A stretch of 18,983 nucleotides of DNA, from contig JANMKN010000202.1 in the NCBI GenBank assembly GCA_031372065.1, positions 1 through 18,983 of the forward strand, written 5' to 3'. The notes under the pieces were generated by a model that worked only from the letters and a program-made list of their open reading frames with translations, was not told the origin of the DNA and made no database searches. Source of the DNA: Abditibacteriaceae bacterium (GTDB taxonomy: Bacteria > Armatimonadota > Abditibacteriia > Abditibacteriales > Abditibacteriaceae). Below, in pieces: positions 1 to 7,947 of this stretch (position 1 is the first letter of the stretch; each line of letters starts with the position of its first letter). The translations under genes and the position numbers were made by a program.

Positions 1-452
1 TGGGAATTCCTTCGTCAGGCCGATTGGTTTCGTCTACAGGTCTTTCACCTTCTATGGATCATCGTTCCAGAAAGATTCGACTACCGCTCGGTATGGTAAC
101 TGACTGACTGGTCTTGCACACAGTCCAAAGGCTCCCGCAACACCGATTACACATCGCTGCAAGGCTATGCCATGTAATCGGTTTAGGCTGTTCCCGTTTC
201 GCTCGCCACTACTCAGGGAATCGCATTCGCTTTCTTCTCCTCCGCTTACTTAGATGTTTCAGTTCAGCGGCTTACCTCTACCCTTACTATATATTCATAA
301 GGGAGTTCCATGACTGGTCATGGAGGGTTGCCCCATTCGGAAATCTCTGGATCAAAGCCTGCTTACGGCTCCCCAAAGCTTATCGTCGTTTGCTACGTCC
401 TTCATCGGCTCCAAGTGCCAAGGCATCCACCGTGCGCCCTTCCTAACTTGAC
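1..452 (-). rRNA. rrl: 23S rRNA, 5' portion (runs off window start)
   Basis: The reverse complement begins GTCAAGTTAGGAAGGGCGCACGGTGGATGCCTTGGCAC...GATGAAGGACGT...TTTCCGAATGGGGCAACCC...GAACTGAAACATCTAAGTA...TTCCCTGAGTAGTGGCGAGCGAAA. These are conserved 23S domain I motifs. The mature 5' end is approximate. Confidence 0.97.
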
Positions 453-524
453 TACGCAAAAGTCTGCAATCACTTGCAGGTTTCACAATCTACGTCTTTG
501 CGCTTCTTAAAGAACACACATTCA

Positions 525-590
525 AATGTGGAGTTCGGAATGTGGTGTGAGGAATTTGCATTCCGCATTTCGCATTCGTCATTCCGCACT
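525..590. repeat. Heptamer tandem repeats arranged as an inverted pair, in the rRNA leader
   Basis: (AATGTGG/AGTTCGG)n followed by (CATTCCG/CATTTCG)n. The same family occurs at 10141-10202. Confidence 0.7.
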
Positions 591-631
591 TGCTTGGTTG
601 CTCGGCGAAATTTAATTTCTCATTCTCTATG

Positions 632-647
632 CAGTTTTCAAGGTGTT
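632..647 (-). promoter_or_regulatory. rRNA antitermination boxA-like element
   Basis: The minus strand reads AACACCTTGAAAACTG about 180 nt upstream of 23S, resembling the boxA/processing motif of rrn leaders and spacers. Confidence 0.65.
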
Positions 648-803
648 CAGTCACTCCACTTTGAAAGACAAAATTTGCCTTTCACGTCGGAGGCTGATGA
701 GAATTAGCTTCTAAAAGCTAACTCTAATCAACCATCGTCGCTTTGCTTCCTGAATAATTGTGAGCCTCGGTTTCGAGCCAAACTCGTCCGGCGGCAAGGA
801 GAA

Positions 804-833
804 ATTCTACACAACTTCCCCATGCCTTGTCAA
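804..833 (-). promoter_or_regulatory. Sigma70-type rRNA promoter (proximal, P2-like)
   Basis: TTGACA (833-828), 18-nt spacer, TAGAAT (809-804). An A/T-rich UP-like tract lies upstream and CTTGCCGCCGGA follows. Confidence 0.75.
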
Positions 834-1066
834 GGCTTTTTTCAAAAATTTCCAAATTTTTCTGTCGGCAATTTTTATTACCGAACTCCGAACAGCGTTA
901 AGGTTTTGCAGTGACCCAGAAAGAGGTGCGTTAATTAACGCGGAGGAAAAATGTCTCTGGTGATCTGCGAGTGATTTTCTTCGGAAGAAAATTGTCGGTT
1001 CGTTTGAAACGTCAGGTGCGCCACATTAAGATGATTTGAACGACTTTCATCCGGCGGCAAGAGAAG

Positions 1067-1095
1067 AATATACCGGTGTAAACGCAGGGTGTCAA
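1067..1095 (-). promoter_or_regulatory. Sigma70-type rRNA promoter (distal, P1-like)
   Basis: TTGACA (1095-1090), 17-nt spacer, TATATT (1072-1067). An A/T-rich tract lies upstream and the same CTTGCCGCCGGA 12-mer follows. Confidence 0.78.
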
Positions 1096-1145
1096 CCATA
1101 ATTTCAAAAAATTTAGATTTTTTTTGAAATTTTCGCCAAAATAAT

Positions 1146-1173
1146 TTGACTTTTCAAAATTATGCTTTACAAT
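1146..1173 (+). promoter_or_regulatory. Sigma70-type promoter for the DUF4397 gene
   Basis: TTGACT, 16-nt spacer, TACAAT. GGAGG RBS at 1217-1221 precedes the ATG at 1229. Confidence 0.55.
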
Positions 1174-1228
1174 ATAGTGATTCTCGCGAATTGAACGCAG
1201 AGAAATATTCATCTTTGGAGGACAGGAA

Positions 1229-1954
1229 ATGAAGAATTTAGTTGTTGCACTGGGAGCATTTGCTCTGATGGCGCCGCTGGTGCTGGCACCGATGGCATCG
1301 GCACAGCCCGCAGCGGGCAAGGAAAAGAAAGAAAAGGCAGCGAAACCGGCAGCGGCCAAAAAAGAAAAAGGCGTGGCTCATGCCCGCATTCTGCACGCTG
1401 TGCCCGATGCCCCTGCCGCTGATGTGTGGCTTGATGGGAAAAAAGTCGCCGAAAACGTGGCTTTTAAAACCATCAGCGATTATTTGCAAATTGACAGCGG
1501 AAAAACCGCCGTCAAACTCACGTCCGCAGGCAAAACCGACACGCTCTTTGAAGGCTCATTCACCGCTTCGCGCGATGGCTATTACACCGTCGCAGTTGCG
1601 GGCATGGCTGCCAAAATGATGTTAATCAATCAGAACGATAACACCGGCAAAACCGCTGAGAAAAAAGCTCGTATTCGCGTGTTTCATCTGGTGCCCGGTG
1701 CGCCTGCGGTTGACATCACGACGCCTTCCACGCGCGCCAAAGACGGGGCCACCAACGTAATCAAGAAGTTGGAATTCGGCAAAGACGCCACAAAGTTGGT
1801 CGCGCCCGGCAAAATGACCTTGCAAGTGCGCGCCGACGGCAAAGTGCTGAAAGAAATGGCTGATGTCACGCTCGAAGCAGGCAAGCGCTACGCCATCTTC
1901 GCCGTTGGCAAACCCGACTCCCTTGAGTTGCTCGTCAAGCCGGCGGGCCAATAG
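1229..1954 (+). CDS. Secreted DUF4397 domain protein
   Basis: Signal peptide (…PMASA|Q), a Lys/Ala-rich linker, and two repeats with ARILHAVPDAPAADVWLDG and RIRVFHLVPGAPAVD motifs typical of DUF4397. Strong RBS. Confidence 0.85.
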   Translation: MKNLVVALGAFALMAPLVLAPMASAQPAAGKEKKEKAAKPAAAKKEKGVAHARILHAVPDAPAADVWLDGKKVAENVAFKTISDYLQIDSGKTAVKLTSAGKTDTLFEGSFTASRDGYYTVAVAGMAAKMMLINQNDNTGKTAEKKARIRVFHLVPGAPAVDITTPSTRAKDGATNVIKKLEFGKDATKLVAPGKMTLQVRADGKVLKEMADVTLEAGKRYAIFAVGKPDSLELLVKPAGQ

Positions 1955-1966
1955 GATTTTCAAAAT

Positions 1967-1998
1967 CGGGCACCACAAAGTTTGCGGTGCCCGTTTTT
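1967..1998 (+). terminator. Intrinsic terminator
   Basis: CGGGCACCACAAA / TTTGCGGTGCCCG stem followed by TTTTT. Confidence 0.75.
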
Positions 1999-2028
1999 GT
2001 TTTTGGATTTTTCGTGAAAGGAAACGCC

Positions 2029-2736
2029 ATGAAATTCTTGACGGGAACTCTCGCTTCACTCATTTTCTGCCTATTAACGCACACTGCAAACTCTGACGAA
2101 ACACCAAAAGAAATCAAGCCGAAAAGTGTCGCTCATGTGCGTATTTTGCACGCCATCGCCGGGGCACCTGCTGCCGATTTTTATTTTGATGATAAAAAAG
2201 TCGCCGAGAAAATAACCTTCAAAACGCTCGGCGATTATAGAGAAATCGAAAGCGGCAAAACTGTTATCAAGATGACCGCCGCCGGTAGCACGGCCACCAT
2301 TTTAGACGGCACAACCACTTTCAGCCGCGACGGTTATTACACCATCGCGCCCTTTGGCACGATGGATAAAGCCAAACTCACGGTGCAAAACGATAACACC
2401 GGCAAAAGCGATGATAAGAAGCCGCGCGTTCGCGTTTTTCATCTCGCGCCGGGCGCCCCAGAACTTTCGTTTGCCTTTGTTTCGCCACTTACCGCCGATA
2501 AAAAAGCCGATGTCATCAAAAACCTCGAATATGGCGCCGACACTACCAAACTAATCGAACCCGGCGCACTGATTGTGCAAGTTGGCATCGCCGAAAAAGT
2601 GGTTTACGAAGTGCCAAATGTCATACTGGAAGCCGGAAAACGCTATGCGATTTTCGCTGTCGGCAAACCAAATCTGCCCGGCCCGCAAGCGTTTGAATTA
2701 TTGATCCAAACGATGGGCGCAGAAACGACCCCTTAA
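2029..2736 (+). CDS. Secreted DUF4397 domain protein, paralog of the upstream gene
   Basis: Start moved to ATG 2029 (AAAGGA RBS, signal peptide MKFLTGTLASLIFCLLTHTA). Contains VRILHAIAGAPAADFYFD and RVRVFHLAPGAP, and shares SRDGYYT, QNDNTGK and LEAGKRYAIFAVGKP with 1229..1954. Confidence 0.85.
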   Translation: MKFLTGTLASLIFCLLTHTANSDETPKEIKPKSVAHVRILHAIAGAPAADFYFDDKKVAEKITFKTLGDYREIESGKTVIKMTAAGSTATILDGTTTFSRDGYYTIAPFGTMDKAKLTVQNDNTGKSDDKKPRVRVFHLAPGAPELSFAFVSPLTADKKADVIKNLEYGADTTKLIEPGALIVQVGIAEKVVYEVPNVILEAGKRYAIFAVGKPNLPGPQAFELLIQTMGAETTP

Positions 2737-3914
2737 AACACCACATGAAACGACGCATACGGTTTTAAGCCTTGTCCGCCGTTAAGACGATAGGCGAAGC
2801 CGAGGTCAATAAACGGCGTGGCAGTGGCCGCCAAACCGACGAAGGGGCCGCGCCCGCTGAGGCCCAAATTAGCGCCCAGCAGCGCCATGTGATTGCGTTG
2901 CCCCAGTGTCAGTGCTTGATACTGAACGGCGGGCGTCAGGCGTGAATCAAGGCCAGTTATCCAGCCGAATTTCAAGGTTGGCACATGGATTTTCGGCGTT
3001 TTGCGTATGGCTTCCTCATCGCCGCGCCACGCGGCTTGCAAGAACCAATAAGCGGCGCGAATGGACGAAGTGCCGGCTAATTTTAAAGCGATGTGATTGG
3101 TGTCAATCCATTGAATGGGCGGCTGTCCCAGCGCTTCCCACAAGGCTTCGCCCGCTTGCGGTGGAATCACCGCATCGCGCGCCGCTTGCACCATTAACAC
3201 GCGCCGAGGCCGGTTGTTATTGGCGTAAGTCATCGGGTCAACGCTTTTCAATTCTTCGATTTGGGCGGGCGTGAGCGGCTTGTGTTTGCGTCGCAAAAGG
3301 AGGCTGCCCAAAAAATTACGCTGACGGATTTTCTGCAAATCGCCGCCGCCCTCGAAAGCCACACCCGCGCGCAAGCGATTGTCTTGTCCCATCGCCAAAT
3401 GCGTGATAATCGCGCCCAAACTGGCGCCTAAGATGCCCAACTTTTGAGGGTCAACTTCGGGACGCGCCGTCAGCCAATCGGTCACGGCGCGCACATCGGC
3501 CACGCTTTGCGAAAAGGATTGCTTGATGTCGCTGATGGTGTTGCTGTCGAAGCGGTCATAAGGCGAAATGTGCGGCACCTGTCGCTCGATATGATAGGGC
3601 AACGTCATCACCAAAGCCGCAATACCACGCGCGGCGGCATATTGCGCGGCATTTTTCAAATCGGCGTTGTTTTTGACGCCCAAAAAGTGCAGCAAAATCA
3701 AACCGGGCGCCCGTCCCTGCACGCCTTGCGGTGGGTAGTAACTAAAATAAATGGTGTCATTGGGCGCATAGCCGCTCGGTTGCGGGCTGGGAATTTTGAA
3801 TTCCTGCGCCATCACCTTGGCAGTCGCCAATTGCTTTTCAAATTCATCGCCCCGCGCGCTCAAAGGCGCGCTGATTACGCCCAACGCCAGCAAAATCGCC
3901 CACAGAATCTTCAT
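2733..3914 (-). CDS. Secreted alpha/beta hydrolase (dienelactone hydrolase/esterase-like) with C-terminal beta-rich extension
   Basis: Signal peptide; nucleophile elbow RPEVDPQKLGILGASLG (GxSxG); candidate Asp in RDAVIPP and His in DTNH. Confidence 0.8.
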   Translation of the reverse strand: MKILWAILLALGVISAPLSARGDEFEKQLATAKVMAQEFKIPSPQPSGYAPNDTIYFSYYPPQGVQGRAPGLILLHFLGVKNNADLKNAAQYAAARGIAALVMTLPYHIERQVPHISPYDRFDSNTISDIKQSFSQSVADVRAVTDWLTARPEVDPQKLGILGASLGAIITHLAMGQDNRLRAGVAFEGGGDLQKIRQRNFLGSLLLRRKHKPLTPAQIEELKSVDPMTYANNNRPRRVLMVQAARDAVIPPQAGEALWEALGQPPIQWIDTNHIALKLAGTSSIRAAYWFLQAAWRGDEEAIRKTPKIHVPTLKFGWITGLDSRLTPAVQYQALTLGQRNHMALLGANLGLSGRGPFVGLAATATPFIDLGFAYRLNGGQGLKPYASFHVVF

Positions 3915-3930
3915 ATTTTTTTGCTTACTT

Positions 3931-4028
3931 TCGTGTTTTAGGTGCTTCCTCTCGTGTTTTTACTGCTTGTCCTTGTGTTTCCAGCACCTGACCTCGTGTT
4001 TTTGGTGCCTGACCTCGTGTTTTTGGTG
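3931..4028. repeat. 21-bp tandem repeat, about 5 degenerate copies
   Basis: A TCGTGTTTT-like core recurs at 3931, 3952, 3973, 3994 and 4015. The last two units are near-identical (CCTGACCTCGTGTTTTTGGTG). Confidence 0.8.
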
Positions 4029-4135
4029 ATTCCTCCTCAAACAAGCGCTGATTGCGCCAATCGCCAGCAAAGATGTCCACAAAATTCTCATGCTTTAGAA
4101 CTAATTCTTCGCTTCCAATGCTACAACTGATTCCA

Positions 4136-4165
4136 CAAAACGCGATTGCAAATTCGCAATCGCGT
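4136..4165 (-). terminator. Putative intrinsic terminator (minus strand)
   Basis: Perfect 10-bp stem ACGCGATTGC/GCAATCGCGT, ending in a short T run on the minus strand. Confidence 0.55.
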
Positions 4166-4476
4166 CGCTTTCAGTTTACAACTGGTGCGTCACTGGCCAA
4201 TGGTTTCCGTGGCGACTGGCGCCTACGTGCCTTTTTCGCCTTTGCGCTGTTTTTTCGATAGTGGCATGGTGGTTAGCGGGCAAAAGACCATTTCTTTGGC
4301 TGCGTCGTTGGTATGCTCAAGTTATTTTCGCAGGTGCTGGCTTGGTGGTTTTGCTATTCATTGTCAACCTTGTCACCTTTATTCTGCCGTTATAGGTAAC
4401 AAACAGCGGGCTATGAAGAAACTATGTTGACACGGGGTCTCTTTTCAGCAATTTGTTTTGGGTTTTGCTACGGCAC

Positions 4477-4511
4477 AAGAGCGCGCTTCTCAAGTGTGAA
4501 GCGCGCTTTTT
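4477..4511. terminator. Hairpin/terminator downstream of uvrA
   Basis: AAGAGCGCGCTTC / GAAGCGCGCTTTT inverted repeat. Confidence 0.55.
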
Positions 4512-4633
4512 CGTGCCACTGTGAGCGGCGCGTTTGGCTCCTTGCGCGGAGTTTGACAAACGGCGTCGAACGGCTTTTTATGCTTCAAAACACCAAAGCA
4601 AATCATCAACAGTTTGTCGCCACCAGCGCAAAA

Positions 4634-7600
4634 TTACTTCCCGTGCCTCATCATGTGCTGCTTCAAAAATTGGCCGGTGTAACTGGTTTTGTGCTTGATG
4701 ATTTGCTCCGGCGTGCCTTGGGCGACAAGTTTGCCGCCGCGCGAGCCACCTTCGGGGCCAAGGTCAACAATCCAATCGGCGCTGGCGATTAAATCGAGGT
4801 TGTGTTCGATAACTAAAATGGTGTTGCCTTGATCGGTCAGGCGTTGCAGCACTTCAATGAGAACTTTCACGTCCGCCATGTGCAAACCGACGCTGGGTTC
4901 GTCGAGAATATAAAGCGTGTGGCCCGTTGAGCGTTTGGCGAGTTCGGTGGCGAGTTTGACGCGCTGCGCTTCGCCGCCCGAAAGTGTCGTTGCCGGTTGG
5001 CCCAAGTGAATGTAGCCAAGACCGACATCGCAAATGGTTTTCAGTTTGCGCGCGATAGAAGGAAGGTTTTCAAAGACACCCAACGCTTCTTCGACGGTCA
5101 TATCCAGCACTTCGCTGATGTTGAAATCTTTGTATTTCACTTCCAACGTTTCGCGGTTATAGCGCTTGCCGCCGCACACTTCACAGGGCACATAAACGTC
5201 CGGCAAAAAGTGCATTTCGATTTTGATAATGCCATCGCCCTGACAGTTTTCGCAGCGCCCGCCTTTGACGTTGAAACTAAAACGCCCCGGCCCGTAGCCG
5301 CGCGCTTTGCTTTCGCGCGTGACCGAAAATAGTTCGCGCAGTGGCGTAAAAGCGCCGGTATAAGTGGCCGGATTGGAGCGCGGCGTGCGGCCAATCGGCG
5401 ATTGATCTATGTTGATCAGTTTGTCAATCAAACCGATGCCTTCGATGTCATCATGCGTGCCCCACACGACGGGTTGATGATTGATTTCATACGACAAGCG
5501 CTTGTGCAAAATGTCTTCGATGAGCGTGCTTTTGCCGCTGCCCGAAACGCCCGTCACACAAACCAAACAACCCAGAGGAATCGAAACATCAATGCCTTTT
5601 AAATTGTGTTGGCGGGCATTTTTGATGACGAGATGGCCTGTCGCTTCGCGGCGTGCGGCGCGTTGGGGAATGCTATCGGCGCCGCTAAGAAATTGGCCGG
5701 TGATGGATTCGGGACACTCTATAATTTCCGACAAAGTGCCTTGCGCCACCACACGTCCGCCGTGTTCGCCAGCGCGCGGGCCGATGTCCACAATATGATC
5801 GGCGGCGCGCATAGTGTCTTCGTCGTGTTCGACAACGATCACAGTGTTGCCGAGGTTTTTCAAGCGCATCAGGGTGCCCAGCAGTTTTTCATTGTCGCGC
5901 TGATGCAGGCCAATGCTCGGCTCGTCCAAAACGTAAAGCACGCCCACCAAACCAGAGCCAATTTGCGTCGCCAAACGAATGCGCTGCGCTTCGCCGCCGG
6001 ACAACGTATTGGCGGCGCGGTCAAGCGTCAGATAATCGAGGCCGACATCCACCAAAAACTGCAAACGCTCTTGGATTTCCTTGAGAATTGGACGCGCAAT
6101 CGTCGCTTCGCGCGTGGTAAGCGGCGATTGGTGGTCGGGCGCATCAGGTGCCTTTTCCTGCTTCGAGCCTGTGCTTTCCGGCTTTATCTTTTTGAAAAAC
6201 TCCGCCGCGTCGCCCACACTGATGCCCGTCACGGCGGCGATGTTCTTGTCGGCGACAGTGACGGCGAGCGGAAACGCTTTCAAACGCTGGCCTTTGCAGG
6301 TTTTGCAAGGCCGGTCGCTCATGTATTTTTGAAGTTCTTCGCGCCACTGGTCGCCGTATTCGCTGTATTGGTTTTGCAGACTGCCCAAAACGCCTTCAAA
6401 CGGCGTATCGTAAGCGCGGCGACGGCCATGCATATTCAAATACGAAACGTGAAATTTACGGCCTTTGCTGCCATTGAGAAGCACATCGCGCTGTTCTTCG
6501 GTGAGATGCGAAATCGGACGTGTCAAAGAAAAACCATATTCGCTGGACAAAACGCGCAGCATGGCTTTTTTATAGTTGCCCGTCGCACGCTTCCACGGCG
6601 CGATGGCGCCTTCTTCAATGCTCATGCGGTCATCGGGCAAAACGAGTTTCGGATCGAATTCCTGATGCGTGCCCAGCCCCGAACAATCGGGGCACGCGCC
6701 ATACGGACTGTTGAAAGAAAACGTGCGCGGCTCCACTTCTTCAAACGAAAGTTCGCAATGTGGACAAGCGAAATGTTCGGAAAAGGTGAGGACAGAGTCG
6801 TCAGACGGCGGACGGCGGGAGGCTGTGTCATCCGTTTCCTGCTGACCGCTTCCGGCTTCCTGCCCACTGCCGACTACTTCCACCATTATGATGCCTTCGC
6901 CCATTTTTAGCGCGGTTTGCACGCTGTCGGCGATGCGGGAGCGTGAGTCGGGGCGCACAATCACGCGGTCAACGACGATTTCAATATCGTGTTTTTCGTA
7001 TCGTTCGAGTTTGATGTCGTCGGTTTCATCCAACGAATAAATGGTGCCGTTGACGCGCACGCGGGCGAAGCCTTTTTTGCGCGCGTCGTCGAAGATTTTG
7101 CGGTATTCGCCTTTGCGCCCGCGCACCAGCGGCGCCAGAATATGCAAGCGCGCGCCTTCGCCCAGATTCAGAATTTGGTCGGTGATTAAATCCACGCTTT
7201 GCCGCGCAATAACGCGCCCGCAATTCGGGCAATGCGGCGTGCCGGCGCGGGCAAAAAGCAAGCGCAGATAATCATAAATTTCCGTGACCGTCGCCACTGT
7301 CGAACGCGGATTGCGTGAGGCGGTTTTTTGGTCAATCGAAACCGCCGGGCTAAGGCCTTCGATGAAATCCACATCCGGCTTGTCCATTTGCCCCAAAAAC
7401 TGGCGCGCATAAGCCGACAGGCTTTCCACGTAACGCCGTTGACCCTCGGCATAAATGGTATCGAACGCGAGCGACGACTTGCCGCTGCCCGACAGCCCGG
7501 TAATCACAATAAGCTGATGACGCGGCAAGTTGATGTCCACGTTTTTCAAATTGTGCGCCCGCGCGCCGCGCACGATAATAAATTTGTCGGGCGTGATCTC

Positions 7601-7744
7601 TTCGGGCGGAACTTGGGTCACCTTGACCGGTTCGGTTTTGGCTTTGGTCGTTTGGCGCGGCGTTTTTGTGGGTTTTACAGCTTTTTTGGTGGTTAATGGC
7701 TCAGATTTAGTGGCGTCAGCCTTGGTTTTGCGAGCAACAGGCAT
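4634..7744 (-). CDS. uvrA: Excinuclease ABC subunit UvrA
   Basis: [11 protein letters not shown], Walker [29 protein letters not shown], zinc fingers, [16 protein letters not shown], second Walker [11 protein letters not shown], and [12 protein letters not shown]. Start taken at ATG 7744 (the ORF track extends to TTG 7780). Confidence 0.98.
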   Translation of the reverse strand: MPVARKTKADATKSEPLTTKKAVKPTKTPRQTTKAKTEPVKVTQVPPEEITPDKFIIVRGARAHNLKNVDINLPRHQLIVITGLSGSGKSSLAFDTIYAEGQRRYVESLSAYARQFLGQMDKPDVDFIEGLSPAVSIDQKTASRNPRSTVATVTEIYDYLRLLFARAGTPHCPNCGRVIARQSVDLITDQILNLGEGARLHILAPLVRGRKGEYRKIFDDARKKGFARVRVNGTIYSLDETDDIKLERYEKHDIEIVVDRVIVRPDSRSRIADSVQTALKMGEGIIMVEVVGSGQEAGSGQQETDDTASRRPPSDDSVLTFSEHFACPHCELSFEEVEPRTFSFNSPYGACPDCSGLGTHQEFDPKLVLPDDRMSIEEGAIAPWKRATGNYKKAMLRVLSSEYGFSLTRPISHLTEEQRDVLLNGSKGRKFHVSYLNMHGRRRAYDTPFEGVLGSLQNQYSEYGDQWREELQKYMSDRPCKTCKGQRLKAFPLAVTVADKNIAAVTGISVGDAAEFFKKIKPESTGSKQEKAPDAPDHQSPLTTREATIARPILKEIQERLQFLVDVGLDYLTLDRAANTLSGGEAQRIRLATQIGSGLVGVLYVLDEPSIGLHQRDNEKLLGTLMRLKNLGNTVIVVEHDEDTMRAADHIVDIGPRAGEHGGRVVAQGTLSEIIECPESITGQFLSGADSIPQRAARREATGHLVIKNARQHNLKGIDVSIPLGCLVCVTGVSGSGKSTLIEDILHKRLSYEINHQPVVWGTHDDIEGIGLIDKLINIDQSPIGRTPRSNPATYTGAFTPLRELFSVTRESKARGYGPGRFSFNVKGGRCENCQGDGIIKIEMHFLPDVYVPCEVCGGKRYNRETLEVKYKDFNISEVLDMTVEEALGVFENLPSIARKLKTICDVGLGYIHLGQPATTLSGGEAQRVKLATELAKRSTGHTLYILDEPSVGLHMADVKVLIEVLQRLTDQGNTILVIEHNLDLIASADWIVDLGPEGGSRGGKLVAQGTPEQIIKHKTSYTGQFLKQHMMRHGK

Positions 7745-7782
7745 AATTGGTCTCAATTGATTTCGATTCGGAAAACTCAAAC

Positions 7783-7814
7783 AAAAACGCGGCGCAAATA
7801 AAGCGCCGCGTTTT
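7783..7814. terminator. Terminator-like hairpin in the uvrA upstream region
   Basis: AAAAACGCGGCGC-AAATAAA-GCGCCGCGTTTT, with T tracts on both strands. Confidence 0.55.
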
Positions 7815-7853
7815 CAGCGCGAGAAATTCTTCTCGTCGCCAAATTTCACGACA

Positions 7854-7882
7854 AGTGTAGTGCTTTTTAGCGTGAACCTCAA
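7854..7882 (-). promoter_or_regulatory. Putative uvrA promoter
   Basis: TTGAGG (7882-7877), 17-nt spacer, TACACT (7859-7854). Confidence 0.45.
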
Positions 7883-7896
7883 CAATGGCAGAAAAA

Positions 7897-7939
7897 GCAA
7901 AAAAGTCACCTTGAAAATCATCAAGGCGACTTTTTTTGC
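7897..7939. terminator. Intrinsic terminator after the DUF4127 gene
   Basis: GCAAAAAAGTCACCTTGA-AAATCA-TCAAGGCGACTTTTTTTGC, immediately after the stop at 7948. Confidence 0.75.
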
Positions 7940-7947
7940 AATTTGCT

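Noticed and set aside
60..185. 23S domain I region longer than in E. coli, a possible intervening sequence
   Set aside because: It falls in a known variable region where many phyla have extra helices, and no ORF or IVS hallmark is visible.
114..963. Plus-strand ORFs of 66-110 aa (114..446, 310..510, 474..707, 760..963)
   Set aside because: They lie antisense to the 23S rRNA, its leader and its promoters, so they are spurious.
3931..4028. Possible CRISPR array
   Set aside because: The units are contiguous 21-mers with no unique spacers, and there are no cas genes nearby.
4317..4319. Selenocysteine recoding of the in-frame TGA
   Set aside because: There is no redox-type context and no convincing SECIS hairpin downstream.
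5606..6910. 434-aa plus-strand ORF
   Set aside because: It is an antisense shadow of uvrA with no recognisable motifs.
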